From contig JAFSCX010000047.1 in NCBI GenBank assembly GCA_017436525.1, positions 53,198 through 117,197 on the forward strand: DNA of 64,000 nucleotides, in the 5' to 3' direction. Positions 62,185 to 64,000 of the stretch are shown one piece after another (within the stretch, counting starts at the first letter, position 1; each line of letters opens with the position of its first letter). The DNA comes from Clostridia bacterium. Its GTDB lineage: Bacteria > Bacillota > Clostridia > Oscillospirales > QAKW01. The position numbers and the translations under genes are program-made. The notes beneath the pieces are model-generated. The model ran no database searches. It was not told the DNA's origin and worked only from the letters and a program-made list of their open reading frames with translations.

Positions 62185-64000
62185 TTATGATGAAATCCCC
62201 TCACCATAATATAAATAATGGATCGAAGAATTTCCTTCCACATCAGATATCCTGATTTTTTCAGCCGACTTTTGATCAATATTAAAAATCAGGGGGCGAT
62301 ACTTTTGATATCGGTAGTTTGCAACCCGCCCATCCGAGGTAGAAAGGGCGATCTTATTCTCCCCCGATATATTGGGTACATAATCATTAAGATATGCAAT
62401 CAATCCAAAATTCAAAAGCGGATTATCTTTATCATTCTTCATGAGAAAGCGGAGAACACCCTCGCTGTAATTAAGGCTGAGCCGACCGCAAAGAATAGAG
62501 AAGGCACCGCTCAGCTCGTCCTGCACTTCACCATCAACTGAAATATACCGTAGCTCATCATCACCCGATAAATAGGCCTTAATATGCTGATTTGCGATAT
62601 ATTCCGCGGTGGTATAATCGCCGCCGTATGCAAAACCGAGAGCCAGGTAGCTCCATTCTTCCGTCGAAAAATCGGATCCATTTTTATAAAAAGACTGCAG
62701 ATCTGATAATACCGGCTTTCTTAAAGCAGATAGCCCGAAGCAAGCAATGATCCGATCCGTTTGAGAGGCATAGCGATTATTAAGATACTGCTCGAAATAA
62801 TCCGAAAGAATATCAGCATCGCAAAATTCCGGTGCTACAGCCGCAAAAGCAGCGCTAAGCCTTAAATCACCATGCTCTGCGTCTTTTTTAAGCTTGATTC
62901 CGTCCATTCCCATAAAAGAGGATATAGCTGATACATCTAAACCTTCTTTATCGGACCAACTACCATTTTCATGCATTTTCCGGATCAAGGCGGAGGACAA
63001 TATTTGATCAATACGCTCGCCTTTGCTCTCAGCCAAATGGGACAACGCTTCCAACCAAAAGCCAAAGTTTTCATCGGTAATCGTTAAGGTAACATCCCCC
63101 TTCACGGGAGACAGCATTAAATCAGATCCATCCGAAGCATAAAACCCTTGGATTCTTATAACATCATTATTTCCGCCAACTTGGAAAGATTTTATTACAC
63201 TATAGGTAAAATTCCCGCTGCCGGCATGAATGTATGCTGTATATAAGCCGGCGGATAATTTACCGAAATTGAGCGTTGCATAGTTTCCCTTTTTCGATGT
63301 TGCTTCAAGGGTTTTGATCTCCGCGCCATCTCGATCGGTAATCCCTACTTTGAAATAGCAAGAGGCACCCTCAGCAAGGTAAGAACCCTCCGCCCGCAAA
63401 GCGATCATACAATCTTCTGAGCTTTTAAGATTTTCAGAAACTACCACATTGGTATAAAAGCCTTGCGTTGTAGGAAGATCATAAAAGTGAATTCCGCCCT
63501 GTGCTTCTGCAGATACTGCGCGAGCTACTACCTTCCAATGTGTAAGGCTATCCGGCAATTCAAAGGTTACAGAAGCTTCCCCTTGAGAATTGGTAGAGAC
63601 CGTTTCAAAATAAGGCGATGGCTCATAATTACAATTTACGACACTAAAACCATCCCAATCCTCATGTAAATATTCCTGCTTGATTTCCCTGAAATCACGA
63701 TGAGATTCCATGGTATAGGCAAAATCATAGTATGGAGAATAAGCATAAAAATCATGAATCGGATCGGTGGCATTATGATTTGCAAGATATAGATCTCGAT
63801 CCATAAGGCTCACATTCAAAGTTGCCTCCACGGGATTACCCTCTTGATCTGAAACCTTAAAGTTTAATACCGGCTTCTCCCCCGCCTTATATTGCTCCTG
63901 ATCGCTTTCAACCTCAATCTTAAGGGAAGAATCCATATGATGATAAGAGAGCGATTCGCGGCCAAGGGAGTAGATATGCTTTCCATCAAAATATGCACCA
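62185..64000 (-). CDS. Large alpha-2-macroglobulin-like (MG-domain + alpha/alpha-toroid) protein, C-terminal ~600 aa; N-terminus beyond window end
   Basis: The frame stays open upstream of the track's ATG (63936) to position 64000 (... GAYFDGKHIYSLGRESLSYHH-MDSS). An MG-like segment reads IEVESDQEQYKAGEKPVLNFKVSDQEGNPVEATLNVSLMD. I saw no CGEQ thioester motif. Confidence 0.55.
   Translation of the reverse strand, partial: GAYFDGKHIYSLGRESLSYHHMDSSLKIEVESDQEQYKAGEKPVLNFKVSDQEGNPVEATLNVSLMDRDLYLANHNATDPIHDFYAYSPYYDFAYTMESHRDFREIKQEYLHEDWDGFSVVNCNYEPSPYFETVSTNSQGEASVTFELPDSLTHWKVVARAVSAEAQGGIHFYDLPTTQGFYTNVVVSENLKSSEDCMIALRAEGSYLAEGASCYFKVGITDRDGAEIKTLEATSKKGNYATLNFGKLSAGLYTAYIHAGSGNFTYSVIKSFQVGGNNDVIRIQGFYASDGSDLMLSPVKGDVTLTITDENFGFWLEALSHLAESKGERIDQILSSALIRKMHENGSWSDKEGLDVSAISSFMGMDGIKLKKDAEHGDLRLSAAFAAVAPEFCDADILSDYFEQYLNNRYASQTDRIIACFGLSALRKPVLSDLQSFYKNGSDFSTEEWSYLALGFAYGGDYTTAEYIANQHIKAYLSGDDELRYISVDGEVQDELSGAFSILCGRLSLNYSEGVLRFLMKNDKDNPLLNFGLIAYLNDYVPNISGENKIALSTSDGRVANYRYQKYRPLIFNIDQKSAEKIRISDVEGNSSIHYLYYGEGISS

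Overview
This 64-kb window looks like a low-to-moderate-GC Firmicute, probably a Clostridia-type anaerobe. Supporting signs are four T-box leaders, an ATT-start infC behind an L20-type leader, an SPxTG sortase signal and a DivIVA/PBP/PlsX-AcpP-Rnc backbone. All calls are by eye from the sequence and ORF track; no searches were run.

Core backbone:
- uvrB (partial), trxA with a TlpA-like reductase and ccdA, rpsF-ssb-rpsR, and metF with a split MetH activation protein and metH
- mtaB, alaS, a PBP, dinB and a DivIVA-like gene
- infC-rpmI-rplT, a TrmH-family gene, dprA, topA, trmFO, plsX-acpP-rnc, and ybaK-tyrS
- an alpha-2-macroglobulin-like gene (partial)
- five tRNAs: Leu-CAG, Leu-GAG, Arg-CCG, Thr-GGT and Asp-GTC

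Most interesting locus (35.6-49.2 kb): two T-box leaders sit back to back and drive divergent operons.
- I read the specifiers as CUC (Leu) and AUC (Ile).
- The Ile-gated operon encodes two HTH-cupin-acyl-CoA-synthetase fusions, a P-loop ATPase, a four-subunit 2-oxoacid:ferredoxin oxidoreductase and a Leu/Ile/Val-type dehydrogenase.
- I infer an anabolic route from branched-chain fatty acids to branched-chain amino acids (ligation, reductive carboxylation, reductive amination).
- The Leu-gated operon encodes a LeuA-like protein whose metal-ligand residues look substituted, plus a TIM-barrel::AMP-ligase fusion.

Accessory region (11.0-24.2 kb):
- a serine-recombinase remnant
- a ~1,950-aa SPATG-anchored surface protein
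- DUF1273, XRE and transglutaminase-like genes
- beside tRNA-Leu(GAG), two ~204-bp direct repeats built from tRNA 3'-end fragments. They bracket a 1.8-kb insertion bounded by inverted repeats that has no recognisable transposase.

Other oddities:
- a mirror-symmetric array of seven different GC-rich hairpins separated by ATGTAAT/ATTACAT heptamers (49.68-49.85 kb)
- an in-frame amber codon in a secreted-protein ORF
- a 41-aa Cys-rich membrane peptide below the ORF-track cutoff

No CRISPR array, rRNA or intact transposase/integrase was seen.
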